Shown: positions 37,508 to 47,211, counted from the first letter of the stretch. The stretch: 64,000 nt of DNA from Cyanobacteria bacterium PR.3.49 (GCA_013997645.1 PNKB01000003.1:2560-66559), one strand, 5' to 3'. A program made the numbers and translations. Notes: generated from the sequence alone by a model not told the origin.

Positions 37508-38668
37508 CTAGGCTCTGAGCGCTTCCAGGGCTAACAAGCTGGAATTTTGTTCAACTTCGTAAGGGATGGGGTGCTCGCCAGGGCTCAGACTCGCGCCGCA
37601 TTTGGCCAGATATGAAAGGCATAGCGCTTCGGTTGCCAAGTGGATGAGCGTTGGTTCTACAGAGCCGGTTAACAAGACAATGTTGGCAGGGTTTCCATCA
37701 GCAACGACATAAAGGCGTTTTTCCCCTTGTTCGCCATCTTTCAGGTGAAATCTCCGGGTTTTCAATTCCAAGTCGACAATTGATGTAGAAAGCTTCTTCA
37801 GCGATGGCAAATCAAGTTCTTCGGGCCAGTGTCCAACGTTGAGGAAAATAGCGCCGTCTCTGGCCGCCTGCCACTGCGGCTCGGCAATGACATGACGTTT
37901 TCCGGTCGCTGTCACCATGATGTCTGCTTTTTTCAAGGAAGTATTCAGGTCATCCACCGAATATCCATCAAAGTGCGCGATCAGCCTGCGCACCGGGTCG
38001 TTGTCTACGACATTGACGATGCCACCTTCTTTTCGCAAATGAAAAGCAACGCCAGATCCAACTGCACCATATCCAATGACAATTGCATTGAGACCTGAAA
38101 TCGAGCGGCCTGTCAAACGCCGCAACAGGTCGACAACGCCATCGCCCACACCATGGTAATTTTCGATGCGCGCCTTCAATAATCCGCCGTTGATATTGAC
38201 CACCGGCAAGGGCAGACTTTCGATCCTGCGCAGTTTTTCAATACCGCTGGTGGTGATCTCGCTGGCGGCAACTATTGATTTTGGACGCTTGCCTTCAGGG
38301 CTGGAAAGATAACGCTCGATGATAACAAAACCCGTATCTGTCAGGAATTGCGGGGATTCGGCTAAAACTTGATCGGGTGATTCTTCGCCAAGAAAAACCT
38401 TTGCGCCCAGTGCACGGATTGCTTCGACAGCGTCATCGTCTGTGGTGGCAGGATTGACTTCGCTCAAGAAAAGTTTTGCTCCGCCCCTGGCCAGGGCCTC
38501 AGCAGTCATTAACGTGAGCTGTGTCAGATGGCAATGCCAGCCAATCTTGATGCCGTTCAAACTGCCGTCATTTTGCAAATATTTCCCGAGCTTTTCCATC
38601 AGTGGAAACAGCTCCATTAACTCAGGCAGCTTTTCGCTTTTCTGTTTTTGATTTTGTTTTTGCATCAA
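37508..38668 (-). CDS. adenosylhomocysteinase-family protein (short, divergent)
   Basis: The order of AhcY blocks is preserved: HLTQLT..AEAL..GGA, NPATTDDDAV, ASEITTSGIEKL, PVVNIN, VIGYGAVGSGVA (NAD site), DIMVTATGKRHVI, LNVGHW. At 386 aa it is shorter than typical bacterial AhcY. Confidence 0.7.
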   Translation of the reverse strand: MMQKQNQKQKSEKLPELMELFPLMEKLGKYLQNDGSLNGIKIGWHCHLTQLTLMTAEALARGGAKLFLSEVNPATTDDDAVEAIRALGAKVFLGEESPDQVLAESPQFLTDTGFVIIERYLSSPEGKRPKSIVAASEITTSGIEKLRRIESLPLPVVNINGGLLKARIENYHGVGDGVVDLLRRLTGRSISGLNAIVIGYGAVGSGVAFHLRKEGGIVNVVDNDPVRRLIAHFDGYSVDDLNTSLKKADIMVTATGKRHVIAEPQWQAARDGAIFLNVGHWPEELDLPSLKKLSTSIVDLELKTRRFHLKDGEQGEKRLYVVADGNPANIVLLTGSVEPTLIHLATEALCLSYLAKCGASLSPGEHPIPYEVEQNSSLLALEALRA

Positions 38669-38691
38669 TTTTCACATCAAAAGAAGTAAGT

Positions 38692-39345
38692 TTAAACACC
38701 CAAAATGTGCATGCCTGAGCGCCTGAGAAGGTCTACAGCGCGAGCTACCGGCAGCCCGATTACGTTGGAATCGCTGCCCTCGATTTTGCTCACCAGTGCT
38801 GCACCAATTCCCTGCAAGGCATAAGCTCCCGCTTTATCCATCGGCTCTTTCGTATCTACGTACGCTTCGATTTCCGAGCGCAGGAGCGGTCTGAATGTGA
38901 CGTATGAAGTTTCTACAGTGTTTATGAAACTCTTCTTGATGCCGCCATTGTCGCTGCCCTGCGATTTTTCCGCGCGAAAGACGACTACACCTGTGTGCAC
39001 GATGTGAGTTTTCCCTGACAGTTTTTCCAACATCTCGATTGCTTCATTGCGATCCGACGGTTTGCCCAGAAGTTGTCCATCAAAAACGACAAGCGTGTCG
39101 GCCGCCAATATAAGGAATGGAATTGCTTCGCTTTCAATTCGCTTGCGAAGCCGCAAAACAACATCCTCAGCCTTTTGTTCGGCAATGGCGAGCACAACTT
39201 CTTCCGGTGACAGTCCAGGTGGTATGACTTCGTCTTTGTCGCTCGGGATGACTTCGAATTGCAGTCCCAATTTGGTGAGAAGGTCTATCCTTCTGGGCGA
39301 TTGCGACGCCAGGATCAATTGATTCACGTTCTGTTTCCTTGTCAA
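38692..39345 (-). CDS. maf: Maf-family nucleoside triphosphate pyrophosphatase
   Basis: LILASQSPRRIDLL, DTLVVFDG and KAGAYALQG motifs. The start overlaps the kinase stop by 4 nt. Confidence 0.9.
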   Translation of the reverse strand: MTRKQNVNQLILASQSPRRIDLLTKLGLQFEVIPSDKDEVIPPGLSPEEVVLAIAEQKAEDVVLRLRKRIESEAIPFLILAADTLVVFDGQLLGKPSDRNEAIEMLEKLSGKTHIVHTGVVVFRAEKSQGSDNGGIKKSFINTVETSYVTFRPLLRSEIEAYVDTKEPMDKAGAYALQGIGAALVSKIEGSDSNVIGLPVARAVDLLRRSGMHILGV

Positions 39346-41402
39346 TTCTCAATCTGAAAACACTGCACTCTTCTGTTGCCTTTGTCGGCGACATATAAAG
39401 TATTGCTTTCGATGTCAATGCTCACATCGGACGGCGCCAGCAATTGGCCAGGCTGCGAGCCTTTCTCGCCGATAATGTACAGAAAGTCGCCGGCTGGGCT
39501 GAAAACTTGCACTCGATGATTGAGCGAATCAAGCACGTAAATTTTATCGTTTTGATCTACTGCGACTGCTCTGGGGACGTTGAATTGTCCCGGTGCTGTG
39601 CCCTTTTCACCAAAAGTGCGAATGAGAATTCCGGCTTTGCTGAAAACGCTGACACGCGACAGTCCATAGTCTACGCAATAAATTTGATTCAATCGATCTA
39701 CTGCCAGACCGCATGGCAATTGCATTTGGCCGGGGGCGTCTCCTTTTGATCCGAGCTTTCGAATCCATGTTCCCATGTCCGATTGAAACACTTGAATACA
39801 GCCGCTGACCGGATCGGCAACATATGCAACGCCGGTAGAATCAAGCGCGATGCCGGTCAGCCCTGACTCGTTGCCGTGTACATTCTTGAAATCGCGCGTG
39901 AAAACGCCAGACGCATCGAAGACACGAATGAAGTGATCGTTGGCGTCGGTTACGTAAATGCGGCCTCTGCCGTCGAAGGCTAATCCGGACGGTTTTGTGA
40001 CACTGCCGCCGCGAGTACGCGAATCCTTTGCATCCGGTAATTGGGCGAGGTCGCCGGACCAGCGGCCGTCTTTAGAAAAGACTGAGAGTTTGCGCGTGGC
40101 CGTGTCTGCTACAACCAGTCGTCCCGACCAGAAGGCGACGTGCGCAGGCTCGCCGAAAGGAGACATCTCCTTGCCGCGCGCCTCGATGGATTTGAGAAAC
40201 CTGCCCTTGCTTTGCTGATTGAGCGATGTGCTGGCGAATCTGGGAGCGTTGAATGATTCGGTTTGTTTTTTTGGATCGTAATTTTGGTTATATCCCGAAC
40301 CTGGCGCATTGACTGAACGCCATGTGCCCGATGTGCTTTCGGGTATCTCGCCGGCGGGAAAGTTGACACCCTGAGGCAGCGGTTGAAATGGTGTCGAATC
40401 GCTCGCCCCTGTTTCCAATTTGGGCAGTGCACCGGTGCTGGCGGCCGAACTTTTTTGCGGTGCAATTTTGCCGTCTTTTTGATCGGATGGCGGTCTGTAG
40501 TCGGCCGGCAATGCCTGGAGATTTTCAGCCGTTTTTTGTCCGACATTTTGATTGGACGAACTTTCATGCGGGAAACATAAGCTTGCAGCGTAATCCCTGG
40601 CGAAATCTTTGACGCTGCGATAGCGCTCTCGAGCTCGTTTGCGCATCGCTTTCGCCACGCACGCTGACGTTTCCACACCAATGGCGGCATTGAGAATATG
40701 CAGAGGCTTTTCTTCTTTGGAGACGATTTTAACGATGGTAGCGGCAATGCCTTCGCCGGAAAATGGAATTTGTTTGGAGAGTGCCTCATAGCTGACGACG
40801 CCCAGCGAAAAAATATCGGCCCTGTGGTCGACATTTTTCGCGTCCTGCAACTGTTCGGGAGAAACATATGCCAGGGTGCCCAGCATGACCCCAGTTTTTG
40901 TCAGCTTGGTTTCTTCGAAGTCGATGGCGCGAGCAATTCCGAAATCGGTAATTTTCACGCGCCCGTCTTTGAGAATGAAGATATTGTCCGGTTTTACATC
41001 GCGATGCACGACATTCATCGTATGCGCGAAATCCAGCGCTTCTGCCACCTGATTTAAATAGGGCCAGAATTCTTGCGGCGTCATTCCCTCTCGCCGCGCT
41101 TCCAGTTCGCTCTTGAGGCTGTGACCCTCGAGAAATTCCATCACATAGAAGTAATTGTCGCCTTCGATTTCTACATCGAAGACCTCGACGATATTCTGGT
41201 GGCTCAGTCGCTTGACGGTAACGGCTTCGCGTTTGAAGCGGTCACGAAATTCACGCATCTTCTCCGGCGAGATGTTTTCCATGACCAGTCGCTTGATCGC
41301 AACAAGACGATTTTCTTCGGGGTCATAAGCCTGGTAGACGATGCCCATCCCCCCGCGTCCTATTTCCGAGAGGATTTTGTATCTGCCGAATTCCGGCGTC
41401 AT
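39342..41402 (-). CDS. Hanks-type Ser/Thr protein kinase with C-terminal six-bladed NHL-repeat propeller
   Basis: Kinase motifs GRGGMGIVY, VAIKRL, HRDVKPDN, DFGIA and SPEQ. Six Y[VC]xD....R[VI]xVF repeats (e.g. YVLDSLNHRVQVF, YVADKGNRRVQCF). Confidence 0.92.
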   Translation of the reverse strand: MTPEFGRYKILSEIGRGGMGIVYQAYDPEENRLVAIKRLVMENISPEKMREFRDRFKREAVTVKRLSHQNIVEVFDVEIEGDNYFYVMEFLEGHSLKSELEARREGMTPQEFWPYLNQVAEALDFAHTMNVVHRDVKPDNIFILKDGRVKITDFGIARAIDFEETKLTKTGVMLGTLAYVSPEQLQDAKNVDHRADIFSLGVVSYEALSKQIPFSGEGIAATIVKIVSKEEKPLHILNAAIGVETSACVAKAMRKRARERYRSVKDFARDYAASLCFPHESSSNQNVGQKTAENLQALPADYRPPSDQKDGKIAPQKSSAASTGALPKLETGASDSTPFQPLPQGVNFPAGEIPESTSGTWRSVNAPGSGYNQNYDPKKQTESFNAPRFASTSLNQQSKGRFLKSIEARGKEMSPFGEPAHVAFWSGRLVVADTATRKLSVFSKDGRWSGDLAQLPDAKDSRTRGGSVTKPSGLAFDGRGRIYVTDANDHFIRVFDASGVFTRDFKNVHGNESGLTGIALDSTGVAYVADPVSGCIQVFQSDMGTWIRKLGSKGDAPGQMQLPCGLAVDRLNQIYCVDYGLSRVSVFSKAGILIRTFGEKGTAPGQFNVPRAVAVDQNDKIYVLDSLNHRVQVFSPAGDFLYIIGEKGSQPGQLLAPSDVSIDIESNTLYVADKGNRRVQCFQIEN

Positions 41403-41412
41403 TTACGCGTCC

Positions 41413-41871
41413 CTATTCAACCGAGAAAACCATTTCAGTTTTGCCGAAGGTCAACTTGTCACCGGGGAAGATTTGTTTGCGCTCCTGCAGCACTTCGCCG
41501 TTGAGAAGCGTGCCGTTGGTGGAACCCAGGTCTTCCACCCAATAACCGCCTTGCATTTGCAAGACCCAGGCGTGGTGCCGGGAAACATAGTGATCGGTGG
41601 TAATGGAGATGTTGTTTGTCTGGTCACGTCCAATCTTGCTGACCGATTGTGTGAGCGGATACTTTTCCGACGTCAGCTTGGCGATAAGAAAAGCCGGGCG
41701 CGATGTGCGACCGTCTTTGCGCGCCGGAACAGCATAAAGGTCTTGTTGAGAGCGAGACGCATTTGCGAAGCCACCCTGAACCTCAGAGCTAACACCGCAG
41801 ACGGTACAAGTCCCGTCTGGGCTAACTACACCGCCGCATCTCGTGCACTCAGCTGTACCGCTTTTGGACAT
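41413..41871 (-). CDS. FHA-domain protein with N-terminal zinc-ribbon
   Basis: CTRCGG...CTVCG zinc ribbon. FHA core GRDQTNNISI...VSRHHA...DLGSTNGTLLNG. Confidence 0.88.
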   Translation of the reverse strand: MSKSGTAECTRCGGVVSPDGTCTVCGVSSEVQGGFANASRSQQDLYAVPARKDGRTSRPAFLIAKLTSEKYPLTQSVSKIGRDQTNNISITTDHYVSRHHAWVLQMQGGYWVEDLGSTNGTLLNGEVLQERKQIFPGDKLTFGKTEMVFSVE

Positions 41872-41879
41872 ACACCGTT

Positions 41880-42647
41880 TTATTTGCTTCCGTTGTCGGA
41901 GCCGTCGTCAAGATATTGAATTACTACCACGGTTACATTGTCCGGGGCACCGCCGTCAAGAGTCAGCTTAACAAGGTCCTCGCAGACCTGCTCGGGTTCC
42001 TCATGTTCGGCGCATACTTCGCCGATTTGCTCATCTCTCAAGACTGTCGGCAATCCGTCCGAGCAGAGTACTACCCAGTCTTTAGCTTTGAGTTCAACCG
42101 GAGTGTGGTCGATTTCGACGCGCTCCTCATGCCCGAGACAGCGTGTGATTAAATTCTTGTAAGGATTGATTCTTGCCTGCTCTTCAGTCAATCTTCCAGC
42201 TCTTACCATCTCTTGCACGACCGAGTGGTCGTTGGTGAGCAGAACAGGCTTGCCTTCGCGCAGCAGGTAAGCGCGGGAGTCGCCGACGTGGGCTATTTCG
42301 AGCGCTTCTTCCCATTGGACACCGACCACGATTGTCGTGCCCATGCCTCTTACCGAGGCGTCTTCTTCTGCTTGCTGCCAAACTGACTGGTTAGCCAGGT
42401 TGACGGTTTCAAGCAGCCACTTCTGAATATCGGAACGTCCGAGCAAAGGCGGCGGATTATCAGTCCACTGCTTCTCTACGGCTTCCACTGCCAATTTGCT
42501 GGCTTTCGCTCCGCCAACCGCGCCGCCCATGCCATCGGCAACCGCGAACACACGAAGGTCCGGGCTCACGTAGTAATTATCTTCGTTCCTCTGCCGTTGG
42601 CAACCGGCATCAGTCCGCGCAGCCGCACGCCATTTGAGCTTCGTCAA
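41880..42647 (-). CDS. PP2C-family Ser/Thr protein phosphatase
   Basis: FAVADGMGG, GTTIVV, VGDSRAYL, LCSDGL and DNVTVVV motifs. Confidence 0.9.
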   Translation of the reverse strand: MTKLKWRAAARTDAGCQRQRNEDNYYVSPDLRVFAVADGMGGAVGGAKASKLAVEAVEKQWTDNPPPLLGRSDIQKWLLETVNLANQSVWQQAEEDASVRGMGTTIVVGVQWEEALEIAHVGDSRAYLLREGKPVLLTNDHSVVQEMVRAGRLTEEQARINPYKNLITRCLGHEERVEIDHTPVELKAKDWVVLCSDGLPTVLRDEQIGEVCAEHEEPEQVCEDLVKLTLDGGAPDNVTVVVIQYLDDGSDNGSK

Positions 42648-44689
42648 TCTCCGCTGCCCCCTTGAGAATCCGGCTTGTCTAACCGTGTTATCAAGCTAAC
42701 CGGTGTCACTAAATGCCACATTATAATTGCCACCATTACACCATTTCCAATCAAGAAATAGGGGGCCAACGGCCTAATTTCAGTAATCTGTGTTGACCCG
42801 ATATATAACAAGTCAAAAACGCACAGAGCTGCTGACAAAAGGCTTAAGCCAAGCCGTTTGCGCTTATTAGCCGATAAACGGGTTTCCAGCAGCTGCACCC
42901 TTTTATTGAGATTGGCAACCTGTCCTTTTAAGAGAAGATCGGCTGCCTGTGCTTCTTTCAGACTCGACTCCAGAGCTTTTTGCGTGCCACTATTGGTAAT
43001 GCGAGTCCCCTTCTTAAGCGCGTTTTGACCCGATTGAGGCAGATCTTGCGCACCGGAAAGTTTGGAAAGTGACTCTTCAAGTAAAGTTACGTTTCCGCCG
43101 TAGAAGAGGCGCAAAAGAGGGACCGCTTGTTGAGGTCGGTTCATAATCCACTTCTTGAGAGCCGGCTTAGCTGCTTCGACAAAACTAAAATTAGGCTGCA
43201 AAGTCCTGGCAATTCCTTCAATAGTCGATCCCGCTCGCAAAAGGTAGGCAAGCGACGGCGGCAAGCACAGAGATCGATCGAGGGCTATCTGATCGATATC
43301 GTTTTCGAGATCGGTGAAGTCTAGATCTTTCACTTCGCGGCCGGCATAGTAATCGATAAAAGGTTGCACCGCTCGCTCGATAGGCATTGAATTGGCGCCT
43401 TCTTTGAGTATTCCGAGTTTGCGCAAATTGGCGATCAGATCTTCAGTGTTTTTCTGAATAACAGCAGAGATGCAGCCCGTGATCGCTTGCCTTTGTTCGT
43501 CGGAAATTTCTCCCACCATGCCGAAATCATAGATGACAAGCCGTCCGTCTTCATCGACTGCCAGATTACCGGCATGCGGATCGGCGTGGAAAAAGCCATG
43601 CATCAACACTTGTTCTAGGTAGCAATTGACCAGTTGCTTGCCCAGGCGCGGCAAGTTGACATTGCGCTCCAGGAGCTCCTTGACTCGATCGATTTTGGTT
43701 CCGGGCAAAAATTCGAGTGTCAAAACACGCCTTCCCGTGTACTTCCAGAACACTTTCGGCACGCGAATGTCCGGATAATCTCTGAGCACTCGTCGCAGCC
43801 TGTCAGCGTTTCGACCTTCCTGAATGTAATTGACTTCGCAAAACAGATTGCGTCCGAATTCGTCGGATAATTCCAGCCAGCCATCCCAATCGGCGCTCGT
43901 CTTGAAAAGTAAACTGCCCAGCCGCGCCATAAAGCGCATGTATCCGAGGTCTTGATAAAATCGCTGACGCAGCGCCGGGCGTTGCACTTTGACAGCCACT
44001 TCCGTGCCGTCTTTGAGACGCGCTCTGTGCACCTGGCCGACCGAAGCCGATGCAATCGGGTGTTCTTCAAAATGAGCGAACAGTTCATCCGGCGAGGCGC
44101 CCAGGTCGCGTTTGATGGTCGCCTGAACGGTTTGAAAATCGAAGGGCGGGACTTGATCTTGCAGTAAAGCCAGTTCGTCCGCGATATCCACCGGCAACGC
44201 ATCGCGCCTGACGCTGAGAAATTGCCCGAGCTTGATATATGTCTCGCCAAGACTGATGCAGGTTTCCTTCAACCTGATCGCGCGCGACTTCTGGCGAGAC
44301 TCCGATTCCTCCGGCGTTTTGGGCGGATTCATCTTGTCTGCGATGCTGGCGCAGGTGAAGCTGAGCATTGTCTTCAGCATGCTCCAAAAACGAGCATCGC
44401 CGATAAGATTGCCGATTTTGACCGAACGGTCCGCTTCTGCAGGATCGTACGGGTTAAAGGATTCCAGGGAGGAAGACTTTCTGCCGATTAGAGGAAACGG
44501 GCTGCCTGAATAGGCGCGAATTTCCGACTCCAGAGGGCTGCGTTGCGCCGGAGTCTGATTGCGAATCTTTGCCGGTTTGGCACGAGCGCTCTTGGCGACG
44601 TTTTTATCCGACTCAGGCTTTTTTCCGGATGAACTATCCCGATAACTTGCTGGTTTTGAAGAGTCGGATAGATCGTCGGGCGGACTCAC
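42644..44689 (-). CDS. ABC1/UbiB-family atypical kinase with C-terminal coiled coil and TM helices
   Basis: ASASVGQVHRARLKDGTEVAVKVQRP, FHADPHAGNL and IYDFGMVG. Two TM helices at the C-terminus. Its stop overlaps the PP2C start by 4 nt. Confidence 0.9.
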   Translation of the reverse strand: MSPPDDLSDSSKPASYRDSSSGKKPESDKNVAKSARAKPAKIRNQTPAQRSPLESEIRAYSGSPFPLIGRKSSSLESFNPYDPAEADRSVKIGNLIGDARFWSMLKTMLSFTCASIADKMNPPKTPEESESRQKSRAIRLKETCISLGETYIKLGQFLSVRRDALPVDIADELALLQDQVPPFDFQTVQATIKRDLGASPDELFAHFEEHPIASASVGQVHRARLKDGTEVAVKVQRPALRQRFYQDLGYMRFMARLGSLLFKTSADWDGWLELSDEFGRNLFCEVNYIQEGRNADRLRRVLRDYPDIRVPKVFWKYTGRRVLTLEFLPGTKIDRVKELLERNVNLPRLGKQLVNCYLEQVLMHGFFHADPHAGNLAVDEDGRLVIYDFGMVGEISDEQRQAITGCISAVIQKNTEDLIANLRKLGILKEGANSMPIERAVQPFIDYYAGREVKDLDFTDLENDIDQIALDRSLCLPPSLAYLLRAGSTIEGIARTLQPNFSFVEAAKPALKKWIMNRPQQAVPLLRLFYGGNVTLLEESLSKLSGAQDLPQSGQNALKKGTRITNSGTQKALESSLKEAQAADLLLKGQVANLNKRVQLLETRLSANKRKRLGLSLLSAALCVFDLLYIGSTQITEIRPLAPYFLIGNGVMVAIIMWHLVTPVSLITRLDKPDSQGGSGD

Positions 44690-44741
44690 AGAGCATGTCC
44701 CCGCAGCCTGGCAAAAAAGTGTATGTCGCTAGAAAAGCGTC

Positions 44742-45104
44742 TTAGACACTGACTTTCATCGACTTGAGTTCGGAAATCTCTGCACGTAAAGTGGCGATTT
44801 CTGCTCTCAATTCGTTGATCTCGGTGGTGTCGCCCAGAGCGCCCAGCGAAAAATCGGCAACTTGCCTGCGGATACGCTCGCGTACCTGACTTTCCAAAAC
44901 TTCGGAACGTTGCCATATGTTTTGCGAAATTTCGCTCGCTACTTCTTTGGCACGATCTTTGTATTCATGCACGCGGTCGGAACCGGTGGATTTGTATTCG
45001 CCTGCTTTGGCCGTCAAGGAGTCGAGCGCGTCCTCGACGCGTTCGCGGGCGACTTCGAAGGCAGCTCTGCCCAGGAAAAACAATTTGATCATTGGCCGCA
45101 ACAC
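44742..45104 (-). CDS. coiled-coil protein (phasin-like?)
   Basis: 120 aa, helical and charged. GTG start with GGAGG 8 nt upstream. The family assignment is tentative. Confidence 0.5.
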   Translation of the reverse strand: MLRPMIKLFFLGRAAFEVARERVEDALDSLTAKAGEYKSTGSDRVHEYKDRAKEVASEISQNIWQRSEVLESQVRERIRRQVADFSLGALGDTTEINELRAEIATLRAEISELKSMKVSV

Positions 45105-45362
45105 GTAACTAACCTCCAGCGCCGAATGGCTTCAGTTGGCAAAGACAAAACAGACTTGAGATTATACACTAGGGACATCGCAGAGATACTTGATTTGCAC
45201 ATTGTGTATGGCACTGTTGCAATATGTCAGCGATTGAGAAGCTTCGGCTCAAGCTGGGAACTTTCCTGCAAATGGCATATCACTGACAAGCCGCGCTAGC
45301 GGCCCTCGATGAAACGCTGAGGCCGAAACGCTGAGCCTTGAAAAGGCCGAGTTCTAATTAGA

Positions 45363-46376
45363 ATGTCCGCAACTAAAAAGGTGGCTAAATTGGCACAAGA
45401 TACAAAAGTAAAAGTGAAGGCGACGGAGAAGCAGCCTAGCGCCTCACGACCGCAGCCAGGTCGTAATGCGCGCCCGGTCTCGCTTATTTATGTTCCGCTC
45501 TTTCTGGGCGGCAGCCACAGAGGGGCAAGCATGGGACCTGCCGCCATGCGGGTTGCCGAACTGCCCGAGCGGATTAAGGCGCTGGGATTCAAAGTTGCAG
45601 AAGAAATCGATATCGACGTGCCGCACTCTGTTTGCTGGTGGGACAAAGACTCCCAAAGCAAGTGCGTTCCGGAAATATACGAGGTCAGTGCTGCTGTTGC
45701 CGATGCCGTCGAGTCCGCCATGGACGCCGGCAATCTGCCGATTACGATAGGCGGCGATCACAGTCTGGCTATCGGAAGCATCGCCGGGGCGTCCAGTTAT
45801 TTCAGAAAGCGCGAAGAGACTCTCGGTTTGATCTGGTTTGATGCCCATGGTGACATCAATACCCCTGACACTACTGCCAGTGGCAACGTGCACGGCATGC
45901 CGTTCGCTGTTTCGCTGGGGTTGGGCGATGAGAAGCTGGTTAACCTCAAGGGTTTCAGTCCAAAAGTGCCGGCTAAGCGATCTGTATTGATCGGTATTCG
46001 CGATGTCGATCCACCTGAGCGCGACATGATCAATCAAACTGGTATCACTCCATTTACGATGAAGGAAATAGATCATCTTGGACTGGGGCGTGTGACAGAC
46101 ATGGCGCTGGAAGCGGCCGGTTCGGATGTGAACGGCATTCATGTATCCTTTGATATAGATGTAATCGATCCGGATGTTGCGCCGGGCGTCAGCACTGCCT
46201 CGCGAGGCGGACTGAGTTACAGGGAAAGCCACCTGGCGCTCGAGCTTCTGGCCGAGTCGGAGTTGGTTCGCTCTATAGATATTGTGGAGCTGAATCCCGC
46301 CTTCGATGTGCGCAATAAAACTGCCGAATTGGCTGTGGAGCTGATTCTTTCAGCTCTAGGCAAACGCATTCTGTAA
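45363..46376 (+). CDS. rocF: arginase (ureohydrolase family)
   Basis: Collinear with Bacillus-type arginases: GASMGPAAMR, GGDHSLAIGS, WFDAHGDINT, SFDIDVIDP, GGLSYRESH. It has a ~35-aa N-terminal extension. Confidence 0.85.
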   Translation: MSATKKVAKLAQDTKVKVKATEKQPSASRPQPGRNARPVSLIYVPLFLGGSHRGASMGPAAMRVAELPERIKALGFKVAEEIDIDVPHSVCWWDKDSQSKCVPEIYEVSAAVADAVESAMDAGNLPITIGGDHSLAIGSIAGASSYFRKREETLGLIWFDAHGDINTPDTTASGNVHGMPFAVSLGLGDEKLVNLKGFSPKVPAKRSVLIGIRDVDPPERDMINQTGITPFTMKEIDHLGLGRVTDMALEAAGSDVNGIHVSFDIDVIDPDVAPGVSTASRGGLSYRESHLALELLAESELVRSIDIVELNPAFDVRNKTAELAVELILSALGKRIL

Positions 46377-46412
46377 TAACTGAAAGAGTAAACACAGAAT
46401 TCAGTAATGAAA

Positions 46413-46447
46413 AACGCACTTGTCGTTTGTTGCGGCAAGTGCGTTTT
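46413..46447. terminator. bidirectional rho-independent terminator between convergent genes
   Basis: AACGCACTTG-13 nt-CAAGTGCGTT (10-bp stem), flanked by an A-run upstream and a T-run downstream. Confidence 0.7.
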
Positions 46448-46472
46448 GAACTTTTTAGATGACGGATTGAAC

Positions 46473-46784
46473 TTAGTCGTCCATGTCCTTATTTGTTACC
46501 TTCATAATCGAGCCGTCAGTGGCGTTGATGTGAAAGTTCTTTTTCTCTTTCTCGCCTTTGACGCTGACAGAATAATAGAGTGTGTGCGGCTTTTTGTGCA
46601 TTCTTTCGAGGTCGCTGTCAGTAACGGTTCCCGACAATTGCTTGAGAGCAATCGCTTCTGCTTCTTGCTTTGTTAGCTTGGCAGTCTGACCTCTTTTGCC
46701 TGTATCGTCATCAGCAAATGCGCATGTGCCGAACGATGAGCCGAGCGTTGCGAGCGCGACTGCCAGCACCAGTAATTTTTTCAT
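46473..46784 (-). CDS. secreted PepSY-domain protein
   Basis: The ATG at 46784 gives the signal peptide MKKLLVLAVALATLGSSFG. The PepSY-like segment is LTKQEAEAIALKQLSGTV...YYSVSVKG...HINATDGSIMKV. Confidence 0.7.
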   Translation of the reverse strand: MKKLLVLAVALATLGSSFGTCAFADDDTGKRGQTAKLTKQEAEAIALKQLSGTVTDSDLERMHKKPHTLYYSVSVKGEKEKKNFHINATDGSIMKVTNKDMDD

Positions 46785-47182
46785 TTTCAAAACCTCGTTC
46801 AGCTGAAATTGCAAGGCAAGATTTTACGACAGTGCAGGTAATCTCGGACACCAACCTTGCGATTTTTCTTTCTCCAAGTGGTCAGATTTTTTCCAATTTT
46901 TCTGAATAGTTGGAAAAGATGTAATCGCCACAGAGTGGCGCTTTTGCGACTTTCGCTTGACAGCGTGGCTTTTACTTCTATACGAATTTCTGACTGGCGC
47001 TTGTTTTCCAGCCTCTCATCTGGTCAGAAAAATTCGAAAATCTCTGAACGATATTGTGACCTGAATTTTGCGCTCCCAACTCACATTGCGATAAATTTTG
47101 GGGCAGGCGGGGGAATCAAATTGATTTACCTGGCAAGCTTCCTCGGGTCTTGGAAATTTTTACTACCGGATTGAGTTGGGGC

Positions 47183-47211
47183 TTGTCACTCTCAATTTTT
47201 AGTACTATACT
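47183..47211 (+). promoter_or_regulatory. candidate sigma-70 promoter of lexA
   Basis: -35 TTGTCA (47183-47188), 17-nt spacer, -10 TATACT (47206-47211). It lies ~120 nt upstream of the lexA ATG. Confidence 0.5.

Noticed and set aside
40109-40867. 252-aa same-strand alternative-frame ORF inside the NHL kinase gene (similarly 43720..44250 inside the ABC1 kinase)
   Set aside because: These overlap, out of frame, with genes that have complete kinase motif sets. Their products are Arg/Ser/Pro-rich, typical of off-frame translation.
41341-41919. 192-aa + strand ORF
   Set aside because: It is antisense to the FHA gene and to the ends of the kinase and PP2C genes.
45444-46232. 262-aa minus-strand ORF
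   Set aside because: It is antisense to the arginase gene, which aligns collinearly with Bacillus arginase.
46857-47174. 105-aa + strand ORF in the long region upstream of lexA
   Set aside because: It has no SD, an implausible Phe/Leu/Ser-rich composition and AT-rich hairpins. I treat the region as non-coding. I also considered a TTGACA (46957-46962) promoter, but the best -10 candidate (TATACG) lacks the invariant final T.
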